Source: Clostridiales bacterium (GTDB lineage Bacteria; Bacillota; Clostridia; Christensenellales; UBA1242). Taken from it: 64,000 nt of DNA. Below are positions 38,246 through 47,369 of the stretch, one piece after another. The notes under the pieces are model-generated. The model worked only from the letters and a program-made list of their open reading frames with translations. It was not told where the DNA came from and made no database searches. The DNA lies in assembly GCA_015055605.1 (NCBI GenBank), contig SVHV01000002.1, forward strand, positions 288,220 to 352,219, read 5' to 3'. Each line of letters begins with the position of its first letter. The first letter of the stretch is position 1. A program made the position numbers and the translations under genes.

Positions 38246-38932
38246 TTAGCAAGAGGTCTTATCATTACTAAAGTCGTCTGGTAATAAGTGGTCTCTTCTT
38301 ATATTTTTGTAGATGGTTTCAATATCTTGCTTAGTAATACCAGCTGTAAACCAGTCAAAATATCTATCATGCAAATCTGTTTTTTTGAATAGTTTAAAAT
38401 CCCCACCAACAGTAAATAGGTCGGTGACACCCTCAATTGCCTCACAAACAGGAATTGAATCTGTTCTGATTTTGCGGAAAGGTAGATAGTCAGACACTGT
38501 GTGGTAGTGTCCTTTTTCCTTGCTTTCTACTCTTTCAAAACCATACTGACTTAAGATATTGCTAACCATAGCAACACTTTGTTCACTGGCTGGCTCTATA
38601 TCGTTATTTTGCTCTACCTGTTCAGAGAGATAAGATACCACTTTACAAGCATCTTCTATGCTCATTTCGGTAGGTAGTCTAAATGGACTAGAAATACCAA
38701 AAGTTTGTCCTACTTTTGGCTCTTCTGTGCCGTATCTATTAAATCTTTCAAGGGCAGTATAATATAGTCTAATGGTTGGGATTCTTTTTGTGTAGTCTGC
38801 TTTCGCTAAGATGCTTACATCTCCCAGTTGACTATTTTCTTCTCTTTGCCTTTGAAGTTCTGCAAGGTCTACTCTAGCAATTAGTGGTAGTTTTTCTTTT
38901 TTCTTTTGTCTTAAATAATTTATTATTCCCAT
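38246..38932 (-). CDS. hypothetical protein
   Basis: ORF track 38246-38965. The ATG at 38932 lies behind AAAGGGG. No motif recognised and no WYL-like signature. Confidence 0.5.
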   Translation of the reverse strand: MGIINYLRQKKKEKLPLIARVDLAELQRQREENSQLGDVSILAKADYTKRIPTIRLYYTALERFNRYGTEEPKVGQTFGISSPFRLPTEMSIEDACKVVSYLSEQVEQNNDIEPASEQSVAMVSNILSQYGFERVESKEKGHYHTVSDYLPFRKIRTDSIPVCEAIEGVTDLFTVGGDFKLFKKTDLHDRYFDWFTAGITKQDIETIYKNIRRDHLLPDDFSNDKTSC

Positions 38933-39098
38933 ATTTACCCCTTTAACATATTGAAAGTATAACATATATCATATTGTTTTTCAATACCCTATAATGAAGA
39001 TGTATTGTGGGGTGATAGGTGTGATGAATGATTTTGTTAAGAAAAAAGAGACGAGGTCTCTTTTTTTGTTTGAGATGTTAATTTAGACTCAGGATAAA

Positions 39099-39719
39099 TT
39101 AGCGAGGTTGATTTTTGATGATGAACTCTCTTAATGAATTTAGTCTTTGTTCAAATTCAAATCTAGTTAGTACTGTTTCGCTTTGATTTTCTCTGCCTAT
39201 GTGGTGTAGGAGATATTTATCTTCCGTAGAGAGTAAACATTTTTTATAGAGTGGATTTTTAATTGCAGACAAATATAATTCGTCTAGAAATGTCTGGTAT
39301 TCTTCACTATCTCTTTTCATGGGTTTGCCTTGCCAATAGAGTGTTTGTGTTTCTCCCCAAAAGTCTAAAGTATTGGAGCCTCTTGTGTGATATGCATCTA
39401 GCCCAGAGTATTTAAAGATTAGGTTCTGAGTCTTTTTGTCTTTGTGTTTTATTCCTTGTAATACTCCCTCAATGCTGTTTACCCATTTACCTCTAAATCT
39501 AAAACGAATAGGATATAGATTTGATAAAGTTCTAGATAAACTATTTTTAAAGTTGTAGCCGATATTGATAAATGTATCGCTGTCAGAATATTTTTTCTCT
39601 TCATCTTCTACAAGTTCACCATTGTAGTATATCTTGTCCTCTATGGTTTCCAGTGGGATATAGTTAAATGTGTAATTTTTCCTAAATTCCGTGTATTTTT
39701 TTATACTCGTTTTATTCAT
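39099..39719 (-). CDS. hypothetical protein, possible NADAR (YbiA/DUF1768)-like domain
   Basis: LSNLYPIRFRFRGKWVNSIEGVLQGIKH versus E. coli YbiA FSNFAAWPIKVDGKTWPTSEHYFQAQKF. LLSTEDKYLLHH versus LLATAPAKLVEH. Resemblance judged by eye only. Confidence 0.4.
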   Translation of the reverse strand: MNKTSIKKYTEFRKNYTFNYIPLETIEDKIYYNGELVEDEEKKYSDSDTFINIGYNFKNSLSRTLSNLYPIRFRFRGKWVNSIEGVLQGIKHKDKKTQNLIFKYSGLDAYHTRGSNTLDFWGETQTLYWQGKPMKRDSEEYQTFLDELYLSAIKNPLYKKCLLSTEDKYLLHHIGRENQSETVLTRFEFEQRLNSLREFIIKNQPR

Positions 39720-39816
39720 AATTTTAGTACCCCTTATTATAAAATAAGTGTATCATAATCGTCATTGTTTAGCAATCAATCTTATAGGTAAAAAAAAGAG
39801 GCTATTGCCTCTAATT

Positions 39817-39898
39817 TGGTGCAGATAACTGGATTTGCATTAAGGCGAAGCCGTTAATTCTCGGGTGTCGACACTGGTTGGCGGGGTCCCGAGCACAC
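39817..39898 (-). repeat. 82-bp direct repeat, copy A (starts with the last 20 nt of tRNA-Leu)
   Basis: TGGTGCAGATAACTGGATTTGCATTAAGGCGAAGCCGTTAATTCTCGGGTGTCGACACTGGTTGGCGGGGTCCCGAGCACAC. Identity to copy B is 81/82. The first 20 nt equal tRNA-Leu 41013-41032. It is preceded by the terminator hairpin AGAGGCTATTGCCTCT. Confidence 0.9.
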
Positions 39899-40006
39899 GC
39901 CACGGTGTCAAAAAGTATTATTAATTATCTAATGCTATTTGAAATATTTATGAAATATGGTATAATTATCTCACCGATAAATAAGAATTTGACAAGGAAT
40001 CATAAA

Positions 40007-40687
40007 ATGATTGCAAAATATATTACAAACACATACAAAGTAACAGATCCGTATAAGGAAATACTACTCTATGCCAAGGATGCTAAAGTGAAGATAGAAC
40101 CCGCGGATGACAATAACACAATGGTCGTTTTTTTCGAAAAGAAAAAGCGTCCGTACGATTTTTTTGTTGAGGACGGCGTTCTTACAATCCAATCAACAAG
40201 TGCAAAATGGTACAATTTTTTAAAGATAGGTGTCGATCGTTCGGAAATCAAGCTATACATTCCTAAATCAATGCTTGAAAAGATATCTGTAGTGTCAAAC
40301 ATGGGATGCGTCGACGTATCGTCGATAATTTGCAGCGGAATGATAGATATTAAAATAAACACAGGAACGATAAATTTAGAGCATATTTCTTGCATGAATT
40401 TTATATCAAAAGGAAATACAGGCTCTGTTTCGTTAAACAATTGTATCGTTAGTGAAAGCATTGCGATCAAAAGCAACACCGCAAAGGTTTCATTAAACGA
40501 TTGCTCTGCTCCCGATGTTTTCGTGCGAACCAATACGGGCTCTGTTAGTGGCAGACTGCCGTCTAATACGGCGTTTACAGTCAGCACAAAAACCGGCAAA
40601 ATCGAAATACCTAAAATTCCAATCGGAGAAGCGGTATGCGGAAGATGCGAAATAAAAACAAACACGGGAAGTATTAAATTCGAATAA
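40007..40687 (+). CDS. DUF4097-like beta-helical repeat protein (putative adhesin family)
   Basis: ORF track 39878-40687. The ATG at 40007 lies behind AAGGAA and a TTGAAA-16-TATAAT promoter. Repeated NTG(T/S)(I/V)(N/S)L..(I/C) units are present. The segment is conspicuously CpG-rich relative to the rest of the window. Confidence 0.65.
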   Translation: MIAKYITNTYKVTDPYKEILLYAKDAKVKIEPADDNNTMVVFFEKKKRPYDFFVEDGVLTIQSTSAKWYNFLKIGVDRSEIKLYIPKSMLEKISVVSNMGCVDVSSIICSGMIDIKINTGTINLEHISCMNFISKGNTGSVSLNNCIVSESIAIKSNTAKVSLNDCSAPDVFVRTNTGSVSGRLPSNTAFTVSTKTGKIEIPKIPIGEAVCGRCEIKTNTGSIKFE

Positions 40688-40832
40688 AGCGTGTCAAATT
40701 TCAATTTGTCAGGTGGGTTAAAAGCATTGTGAATACAAATGAAATTAGGGTGGGATTTTGTGTCCCACCCTTTAACTTGTATATTGGAATAAAAAAAGAG
40801 TCTAAGCTGAATGGTTCAACTTAGACTCATAG

Positions 40833-40914
40833 TGGTGCAGATAACTGGATTTGCATTAAGGCGAAGCCGTTAATTCTCGGGTGTCGACACTGGTTGACGG
40901 GGTCCCGAGCACAC
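40833..40914 (-). repeat. 82-bp direct repeat, copy B
   Basis: Same sequence as 39817-39898 with one G/A difference. It is preceded by the hairpin GAGTCTAAGCTGAATGGTTCAACTTAGACTC. Confidence 0.9.
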
Positions 40915-41012
40915 AGCACTAGTGCTGGTTTGAGAACTTATAATGTTCTCGCTAGTTGTTAAACTAGCACAAATCCAGTAAAAATAAAAAAGAGGCGAAA
41001 AGCCTCTGTGGT

Positions 41013-41097
41013 TGGTGCAGATAACTGGATTTGAACCAGCACGGGATACTCCCACAAGTCCCTCAAACTTGCGTGTCTGCCATTCCACCATATCTGC
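41013..41097 (-). tRNA. tRNA-Leu (anticodon GAG)
   Basis: The reverse complement is GCAGATATGGTGGAATGGCAGACACGCAAGTTTGAGGGACTTGTGGGAGTATCCCGTGCTGGTTCAAATCCAGTTATCTGCACCA. Anticodon stem CAAGT/ACTTG, loop TTGAGGG, long variable arm, encoded CCA. Confidence 0.9.
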
Positions 41098-41354
41098 ATC
41101 TGGTGTTTATAATATCGTTATTGCGATTTAACTCTAATATAATATCACAATGTTTACAAAATAAAAAGTATTTTTCGTAAAATTGTTATGTAATTTTAGT
41201 AAATTTGTTGTGTTTGTGTGGAGTGTAAAAATGCTTAAAAAAATAGTGTTAACAAAATATTATATTTGACATAAAAATTTTTTTTTGATATATTCTAAAT
41301 ATTATTTTTTTATTAAGCAACTTAAGTTGAAAATAAATACAAAGAAGGGCAAGT

Positions 41355-41954
41355 ATGCATATAGATACTAATGAAGAAATTGATATTGATGAAGTATTAG
41401 CATTTGCCACAGAGAGGCATAAAGGACAGGTTCGTGCAGATGGTAGTGATTACATTACTCACCCTATTAGAGTGAGTAAGCTTGTTTCTGAGTTTAAACC
41501 ATCTAGGAATGGAAATATTCTAGCAGCAGGGGCACTTCTTCATGATGTGCTAGAGGATACATATACTTCTTATAAGGAGCTTTGTGATAGGTTTGGAATA
41601 GTTGTTGCTAGTCTAGTTATGGAGGTTACTTCTTCTGGTTTTATGCCAAAGCTTGTAGGTAAAAGATTTTATCTAGCACACAAGATGCAGTATATGTCTA
41701 GTTATGCACTAGTTATTAAACTTGCAGACAGGCTAGATAACCTAACTGATATGAGGGCAGTGGCTCTTGAGAAAATTAAGAGGACATATTTTGATACAAT
41801 TTATATGATTAATTACCTAGAAAGTAAGAGAAATTTGACTGAGCCTCAGAAGAACTTAATTGTTGCAATTAGGGGTAAGCTTGAGGAGATTAATAAGGAG
41901 TATCAGTTATCTGCTGATGGACTTATTGTTGACACAGATTTAGATCAAGACTAA
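41355..41954 (+). CDS. HD-domain protein, RelA/SpoT-type (p)ppGpp hydrolase-like
   Basis: HKGQVRADGSDYITHPIRV..ALLHDVLEDT..KLADRLDNL are the hydrolase-domain blocks of RSH proteins. At 199 aa there is no synthetase domain. Confidence 0.75.
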   Translation: MHIDTNEEIDIDEVLAFATERHKGQVRADGSDYITHPIRVSKLVSEFKPSRNGNILAAGALLHDVLEDTYTSYKELCDRFGIVVASLVMEVTSSGFMPKLVGKRFYLAHKMQYMSSYALVIKLADRLDNLTDMRAVALEKIKRTYFDTIYMINYLESKRNLTEPQKNLIVAIRGKLEEINKEYQLSADGLIVDTDLDQD

Positions 41955-42111
41955 GAAAAAGTTTTTGTGTAAAAGCAAGGACTTTTTGTTTTTTTATAAA
42001 CGATATTTAAATATTGTCTAAATAAAGGATTTTTTTGTGTGTTTAGTGATTTGCTGAAAATTTGCTCGAATTTTGTTGATTGAGATTTTTAATTGACAAC
42101 AACTGTAAAAT

Positions 42112-42576
42112 GTGGCACAATCTAGGTATAATTTTAAAAAGTATACTGAGATTTGCGAGGAAATGATGAGGTCGTTGTCTAAAAAATCGGCAATTAAACC
42201 TATGAATAAGAAGAGAATCTTTTTGTCTCAATTCGCACTACTACTAGTAGTGGTACTTTTTCTTGCAGACAGGAGTATGCTTGTTAGTTGGGCTAGAAAT
42301 TTTCTAAATATGATTAATGCTGGAGAAACTGAGTGGATACTATCTCAGATTATTGCTCCAGGAAAGGCTATATTTGAGTTGTCTCAAGCAATAGGCTTGA
42401 TATATTTTTTTAGACTTGTTGTTGTAGTGTCTACTATTACAATGTTATTGCTTGTATTCTTTATGTATGTTGATAGATGTACAGAAGATATTACATCTGC
42501 TCAAACTATCAAGGTTAGCGAAGTTGCTGAGAATAATCAGTTAATATATAAAGAGCAACAGAGATTCCTCTGTTAA
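42112..42576 (+). CDS. hypothetical membrane protein (start uncertain)
   Basis: GTG-initiated ORF. Internal ATGs at 42163/42166 follow GAGGAA. Two hydrophobic segments. Confidence 0.4.
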   Translation: MAQSRYNFKKYTEICEEMMRSLSKKSAIKPMNKKRIFLSQFALLLVVVLFLADRSMLVSWARNFLNMINAGETEWILSQIIAPGKAIFELSQAIGLIYFFRLVVVVSTITMLLLVFFMYVDRCTEDITSAQTIKVSEVAENNQLIYKEQQRFLC

Positions 42577-42843
42577 ACAATTTTTTTGGACGATTATGCT
42601 AGAAGAGTGTCTTGCATAAGTGTTTTTTTGTGACTTGTTGTGGATATTTACTTTTGTTATTGTGTAAGGGTATAATAATTCATGTGAGTTTTACAAAAAA
42701 TATAATATGAAAAAATGCTGTTTGGTAAAACATGTAGCATATCGTTTTTTTGTCATATATATTCCGGATAGATATTGTGTTTTTCGCAATATTTGTAGTT
42801 TGAGAATATATTTATAAAAATTGTTATTTTAGAGGAGAGAACT

Positions 42844-45189
42844 ATGTTTGCAATTCAGATTGCGACTATGCTTCTTACATTAGTTGGAATAATATTACCC
42901 TTCCTACTTCACAAAAAGAAAACAGGTGGGGTTGTTGGTACAAAATTATATAAATTTATTGCGTCAATACTAGCACTAGTATTCTTTTTCCGTTACATGA
43001 TGGGAAATGAACCTGTTAGATATATATTTGCATTAGAAGGTGATACAGTAGTAATTAATGGGTTTTGGTCTGTGGTATCAATCATTCTTATTTGGTTCCA
43101 AATCGCTGCTGAATTAGGTTTGATATTATATCCATTCTTTAAGACGCCTAAATATACTGTTGTAATTAAATACTTCTGTTTGCCAGTAATGATACTCTGT
43201 ATGTTGGGGTTCTATCCGTTGACATTAGGCGCTGTATTCGATCCTTATATAGGATTTAATGTGAGAACACTTTTACTGGGTCTTGAAATAGGCGTTGCTA
43301 TCGGTATGGCTTTTATGGTATTTGCTGATGAGGGCTGGTTTAAGTGCAACAAGTCAGACCTAAGAGGTCTATGGTATATCGTTGGAATGTTGTTAGCAAC
43401 TATGCCATCATATATACTAGAGGCAGTGTTTGGACTAGCTAACTATGTTGTAAAAATCAAGAGCTTTAAACAACCTCATAGAATTATTTTATATCTAATG
43501 TTCTTGATACCTATCGCTATTTATCTATTACTTAAAAAGAAAGATAGCAAGGTTATTAAACTTTGTTTACTTTATATTAGTTTGGGCACATTAATAACTT
43601 TCAGTATTCATAATAAGTTTGAGACTTTTACTAATCCTTTGGGTTGGCCTCTACACTTGTGTAATACTGCAATGTACATTATTCCACTATGTTTGATATT
43701 TAACTGGAAAAAATTATTCTACTTCACATATTTTATCAATGTTCTGGGAGCATTCCTAGCAATGGTAATGCCTAATTATGACGATGCATTAAATATCTTT
43801 AGTGAGAGAATTGTTGCATTCTATGTTAATCACTATATAGCATTCTTCTTACCGATTCTGATGGTTGCATTGAATGTATATAAAAGACCAAAACTTAAAG
43901 AATTTAAGTATTCAATGATAGGTTTTGGAATATACTTCGTTATTGCGTTGGTATGTAATGTGTGGTTTAGTAACTATGGAACGGTCGACTATTTCTACAT
44001 TAACAGTGACTTCGTTGCAGAAAAGCTGGGTTTGGAAAGGTTACTTGATGTTACATGGTCATTTAATATAAACGACTTAACATTTATGTTTTATCCTTTA
44101 TATCAGGCGATATTCTTTGTATGCTATGTGTTCCTGGGAGCAGGAGTATGGTTTATATATGAAGCAATGTACTCGACCATAGATACGGTACATGATATTG
44201 TTGAAAAAAAGAAAAAAATAAAAGCAGATATTCTAGCATTGCAAGTTGCAATGGACGGAAGGGGGTTGGAAGAACCTATGAATAAAGATGGTGTAAATAA
44301 GATTATCTTGAAAGATTTTTCAAAAAGATATTCTACTAGTTCAGTTTATGCTGTAAAATCAGCAAATCTTGAGATTTGTGGTGGCGAAATATTTGGCTTC
44401 TTAGGGCACAACGGTGCAGGTAAGAGTACAATTATCAAGTCAATAGTTGGTATCCTACCGGTAACAGAGGGCTCTATAGAGGTGTGTGGCTATGATGTAG
44501 AGAAACAAGCCACAATGGCAAAGAAAAATATAGGCTATGTTCCTGACCATTATGCTTTGTATGAGAGGTTGTCAGGTAGAGAATATATCAATTATATTGC
44601 TGACCTCTATGGTGTTAGCAAAGAGGATAGGACAGCTGCAATAAATAAATATGTGGATCTTTTTGAATTAAGAGATGCTTTTGATAATCAAATCAAAACA
44701 TATTCACATGGTATGAAACAAAAAATAACTATTATCTCAGCACTAGTGCATAATCCAAAGGTTTGGATTCTAGACGAGCCTCTTACTGGACTAGACCCAA
44801 CAAGTATATTCCAGGTAAAAGAGTGTATGAGAGAACATGCTAAACAGGGAAATATTGTATTCTTTAGTTCACACCTTATTGATATAGTTGAGTCACTCTG
44901 TGATAGAATTGCTGTTATTAAGAAAGGTAATATCTTAGTTTGTGAAGATGTTAAGAATATAGAGAAAGATAGTTCTTTAGAAGATTATTATCTTGAGATA
45001 ACAAGTAGAGATGTTAGGGCTGTGAAATACAAAGATAAAGATGTGCAAAAAGAAGAGTCTGGCATGGAAGAACTAGCTCGTCTTAAGGCTGAGAAAAAAC
45101 AGAAAAAAGAAGAAAAGGCAAAGCTCAAAGCTGAAAAGAAATTATTAAAAGAGCAAAAGAAAAAAGGACAACAAATAGAAAATATTTAA
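42844..45189 (+). CDS. ABC transporter ATPase fused to a ~450-aa N-terminal polytopic membrane domain
   Basis: RBS GAGGAGAG. About 10 or more hydrophobic helices, then Walker A GHNGAGKST, signature YSHGMKQK, Walker B VWILDEPLTGLD, H-loop SSHL and a Lys/Glu-rich tail. Confidence 0.85.
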   Translation: MFAIQIATMLLTLVGIILPFLLHKKKTGGVVGTKLYKFIASILALVFFFRYMMGNEPVRYIFALEGDTVVINGFWSVVSIILIWFQIAAELGLILYPFFKTPKYTVVIKYFCLPVMILCMLGFYPLTLGAVFDPYIGFNVRTLLLGLEIGVAIGMAFMVFADEGWFKCNKSDLRGLWYIVGMLLATMPSYILEAVFGLANYVVKIKSFKQPHRIILYLMFLIPIAIYLLLKKKDSKVIKLCLLYISLGTLITFSIHNKFETFTNPLGWPLHLCNTAMYIIPLCLIFNWKKLFYFTYFINVLGAFLAMVMPNYDDALNIFSERIVAFYVNHYIAFFLPILMVALNVYKRPKLKEFKYSMIGFGIYFVIALVCNVWFSNYGTVDYFYINSDFVAEKLGLERLLDVTWSFNINDLTFMFYPLYQAIFFVCYVFLGAGVWFIYEAMYSTIDTVHDIVEKKKKIKADILALQVAMDGRGLEEPMNKDGVNKIILKDFSKRYSTSSVYAVKSANLEICGGEIFGFLGHNGAGKSTIIKSIVGILPVTEGSIEVCGYDVEKQATMAKKNIGYVPDHYALYERLSGREYINYIADLYGVSKEDRTAAINKYVDLFELRDAFDNQIKTYSHGMKQKITIISALVHNPKVWILDEPLTGLDPTSIFQVKECMREHAKQGNIVFFSSHLIDIVESLCDRIAVIKKGNILVCEDVKNIEKDSSLEDYYLEITSRDVRAVKYKDKDVQKEESGMEELARLKAEKKQKKEEKAKLKAEKKLLKEQKKKGQQIENI

Positions 45190-45202
45190 AAGGAGGAGAA
45201 CA

Positions 45203-46849
45203 ATGTCGGGTTTAAAAGCTTTGACAATGATGCAGTTGAAAGACAAGATAGATATGTCTTTCTTAGGTAGCACAAAGAAGACGATTTTTAAAGTTGTTTT
45301 GTCGTTACTTAAGTTTATCATTATTACTGCTCTAATCTGGGTTGGATTCTTCCTCCTAGATTATCTCAACTTAGTGTCATTACTTCCTGGTATTCCTCAA
45401 GAGGTTTTTGCAATAGTTTTTACACTTATGTTTGTTTTGTCTATAGTGGTTTGTGTTTATGGATTGATGAAAACCTTATACTTTGGTAAGGACAATCAGT
45501 TACTCCTAACACTTCCTGCTAAAAAGTCAGTAGTGTTTACATCAAAACTTCTTGTATATTATTTTTATGAATTAATCAGAAATCTATATTATATGTTGCC
45601 AATCATAGTAGCGTATGGTGTTATTAACGGAGTTTCTATATCTTTCTGGTTGTGGCTCATTCCTGCTTACTGTGTGGTTACAGCAGTGCCTGTAGTTGCA
45701 GGTGCATTGCTCTCTATACCTGCTATGCTTGTTGCAATTATTTTAAAGAACAACAAATGGCTACAATATCCTGTAGTTGCTGTGTGTGTTGCAGGTATTG
45801 TACTAGCATTACTTTCTGTCATTTCTATTATTCCAGCAAATTTTGATTTGTTGGGTACATGGGGAACGACATTTTGGGAGATTCAGGATTTTATCATTGA
45901 GTTCTGTTCATCATTTAAACCATTTGTTTGGGTCGCTACATTTATTGTTGGCGAAAGATATGGTATTAGAAACAAATTCTTTACTAAAACACAATTGTTT
46001 ACAGGTGCTGGTTTAGTTGCTGGAATTGTGGTTGTAATGATCGTAACATTCCTAATTGTAAGGCCGATATATTTCAAGATGGCGAGTGTTCCTTTTGAAT
46101 TTAAAAAGATAAAGGTTAATAAAATATTTGCTAATCAGAAGAAATCGCCTGTTAGAGCGATTGTGAAAAAAGATGGCAAGATGTTACTTAGAGATAGCGA
46201 AAAGCTATTCTCATTAGTGGCTATTGCAATAGCATTACCTATTTCAATATTGTTACTCAATAAAATATATGCCGCTATGGATACTGGGCTTACAGGTATG
46301 CAGATGGCTGTTGCATTTAATGTACTACTTATTTTGCTTGTTGCGCTGTCTTCTAATGCAAGACTTGCACATATATACTCAGAAGAGGGTGCTTCTAGTT
46401 ATTTAAATAAGACTAGTCCTCAAACTTATCTCAAATTATTGTTTAGTAAACTTATTATAAATATGGTTACAATTACTATATCTATACTAGCTACTGTTAT
46501 TATATTAGCACAATTTCAGGCATACACATTTTGGCAAGGATTGCAAGTGTTTATACTTCTAGAACTAATTTATTTGTCGCACTTGCTCATGTCTGCAGAA
46601 TTAGATATTATGAATCCTCAGACAGAGCAGTACCAGACAACGGGTGGACATACTAATAATCCAAATGAAACTAAAGCTACTATTATAGGATTTTTAATGT
46701 CGGCTCTGTTTGCTTTCCTTACATATTTCTTTATTGCAGAAAATCGTACAGTTGTATGGATAAAATTAATAGTATTTGCAGGTATACTATTTGCAATTAG
46801 AGTATGGTTCTATGTAAATAAAATAAAGATTTACTATAAGGAGAAGTAG
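45203..46849 (+). CDS. polytopic membrane protein, putative ABC-2-type permease partner
   Basis: RBS AAGGAGGAG. 548 aa with many TM helices. Starts 13 nt after the ATPase gene. Confidence 0.65.
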   Translation: MSGLKALTMMQLKDKIDMSFLGSTKKTIFKVVLSLLKFIIITALIWVGFFLLDYLNLVSLLPGIPQEVFAIVFTLMFVLSIVVCVYGLMKTLYFGKDNQLLLTLPAKKSVVFTSKLLVYYFYELIRNLYYMLPIIVAYGVINGVSISFWLWLIPAYCVVTAVPVVAGALLSIPAMLVAIILKNNKWLQYPVVAVCVAGIVLALLSVISIIPANFDLLGTWGTTFWEIQDFIIEFCSSFKPFVWVATFIVGERYGIRNKFFTKTQLFTGAGLVAGIVVVMIVTFLIVRPIYFKMASVPFEFKKIKVNKIFANQKKSPVRAIVKKDGKMLLRDSEKLFSLVAIAIALPISILLLNKIYAAMDTGLTGMQMAVAFNVLLILLVALSSNARLAHIYSEEGASSYLNKTSPQTYLKLLFSKLIINMVTITISILATVIILAQFQAYTFWQGLQVFILLELIYLSHLLMSAELDIMNPQTEQYQTTGGHTNNPNETKATIIGFLMSALFAFLTYFFIAENRTVVWIKLIVFAGILFAIRVWFYVNKIKIYYKEK

Positions 46850-46852
46850 AGA

Positions 46853-47305
46853 ATGAAAAAATCAACAATTATTCTTATAGCAATCGTTTACATTGCTTCT
46901 ATAGTGGTAATCTCAGTGTTTGGCTTAAAGGCTAAGATATTTGGTGAGGTAATACCTGTAACTGCTGTAGAGTGCTTAAATAAAACAGATAGGGACGCTT
47001 TTGTAGAAAAACTTGATGACATAACTACGATAAATCTTCAGTACAAAGGTCCTGGTAGTATTGAGAATCCAAACGAGGGAACAATGCTTCAGTTGGTATA
47101 CAGGGTGCTACCTGACAATGCTACTAATAAAAAGGTAAAATTTGAATATAATGAGTCGCTTACCAGACTACAGTTTGTTAAAGATGACAAGGGTAATGAC
47201 TTAGGTTTAATATTGTTTAGTGGAACGGGTATTTTCCATGTACAGATTATGGCAACTGATGGTAGTCAAAAAGTTGCAGATGTGTATATAAATGTTTACC
47301 CATAA
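46853..47305 (+). CDS. membrane-anchored small protein
   Basis: N-terminal TM segment (IILIAIVYIASIVVISVF). It starts 3 nt after the previous stop, suggesting translational coupling. Confidence 0.6.
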   Translation: MKKSTIILIAIVYIASIVVISVFGLKAKIFGEVIPVTAVECLNKTDRDAFVEKLDDITTINLQYKGPGSIENPNEGTMLQLVYRVLPDNATNKKVKFEYNESLTRLQFVKDDKGNDLGLILFSGTGIFHVQIMATDGSQKVADVYINVYP

Positions 47306-47369
47306 AAAAATTTTTGGTATAATGTAGATATATAGTTCTACTTTATATAGTATAAAAAGGAGAAAAGGT

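Noticed and set aside
40069-40704. 211-aa minus-strand ORF antisense to the DUF4097-like gene
   Set aside because: The plus-strand frame has a promoter, an RBS and a clear NTGS(V/I)(S/N)L repeat structure. The antisense ORF is a mirror-frame artefact of that repetitive sequence.
40870-41091. 73-aa minus-strand ORF
   Set aside because: It is the translation of tRNA-Leu and the 82-bp repeat.
33700-41100. Search for cas1, cas2, csx27/28 or WYL-domain accessory genes around cas13d
   Set aside because: None of the neighbouring ORFs shows the relevant motifs. These are an AlkD-like protein, a 228-aa unknown, a NADAR-like protein and a DUF4097-like protein. The absence is reported as an observation in the findings, not as a feature.
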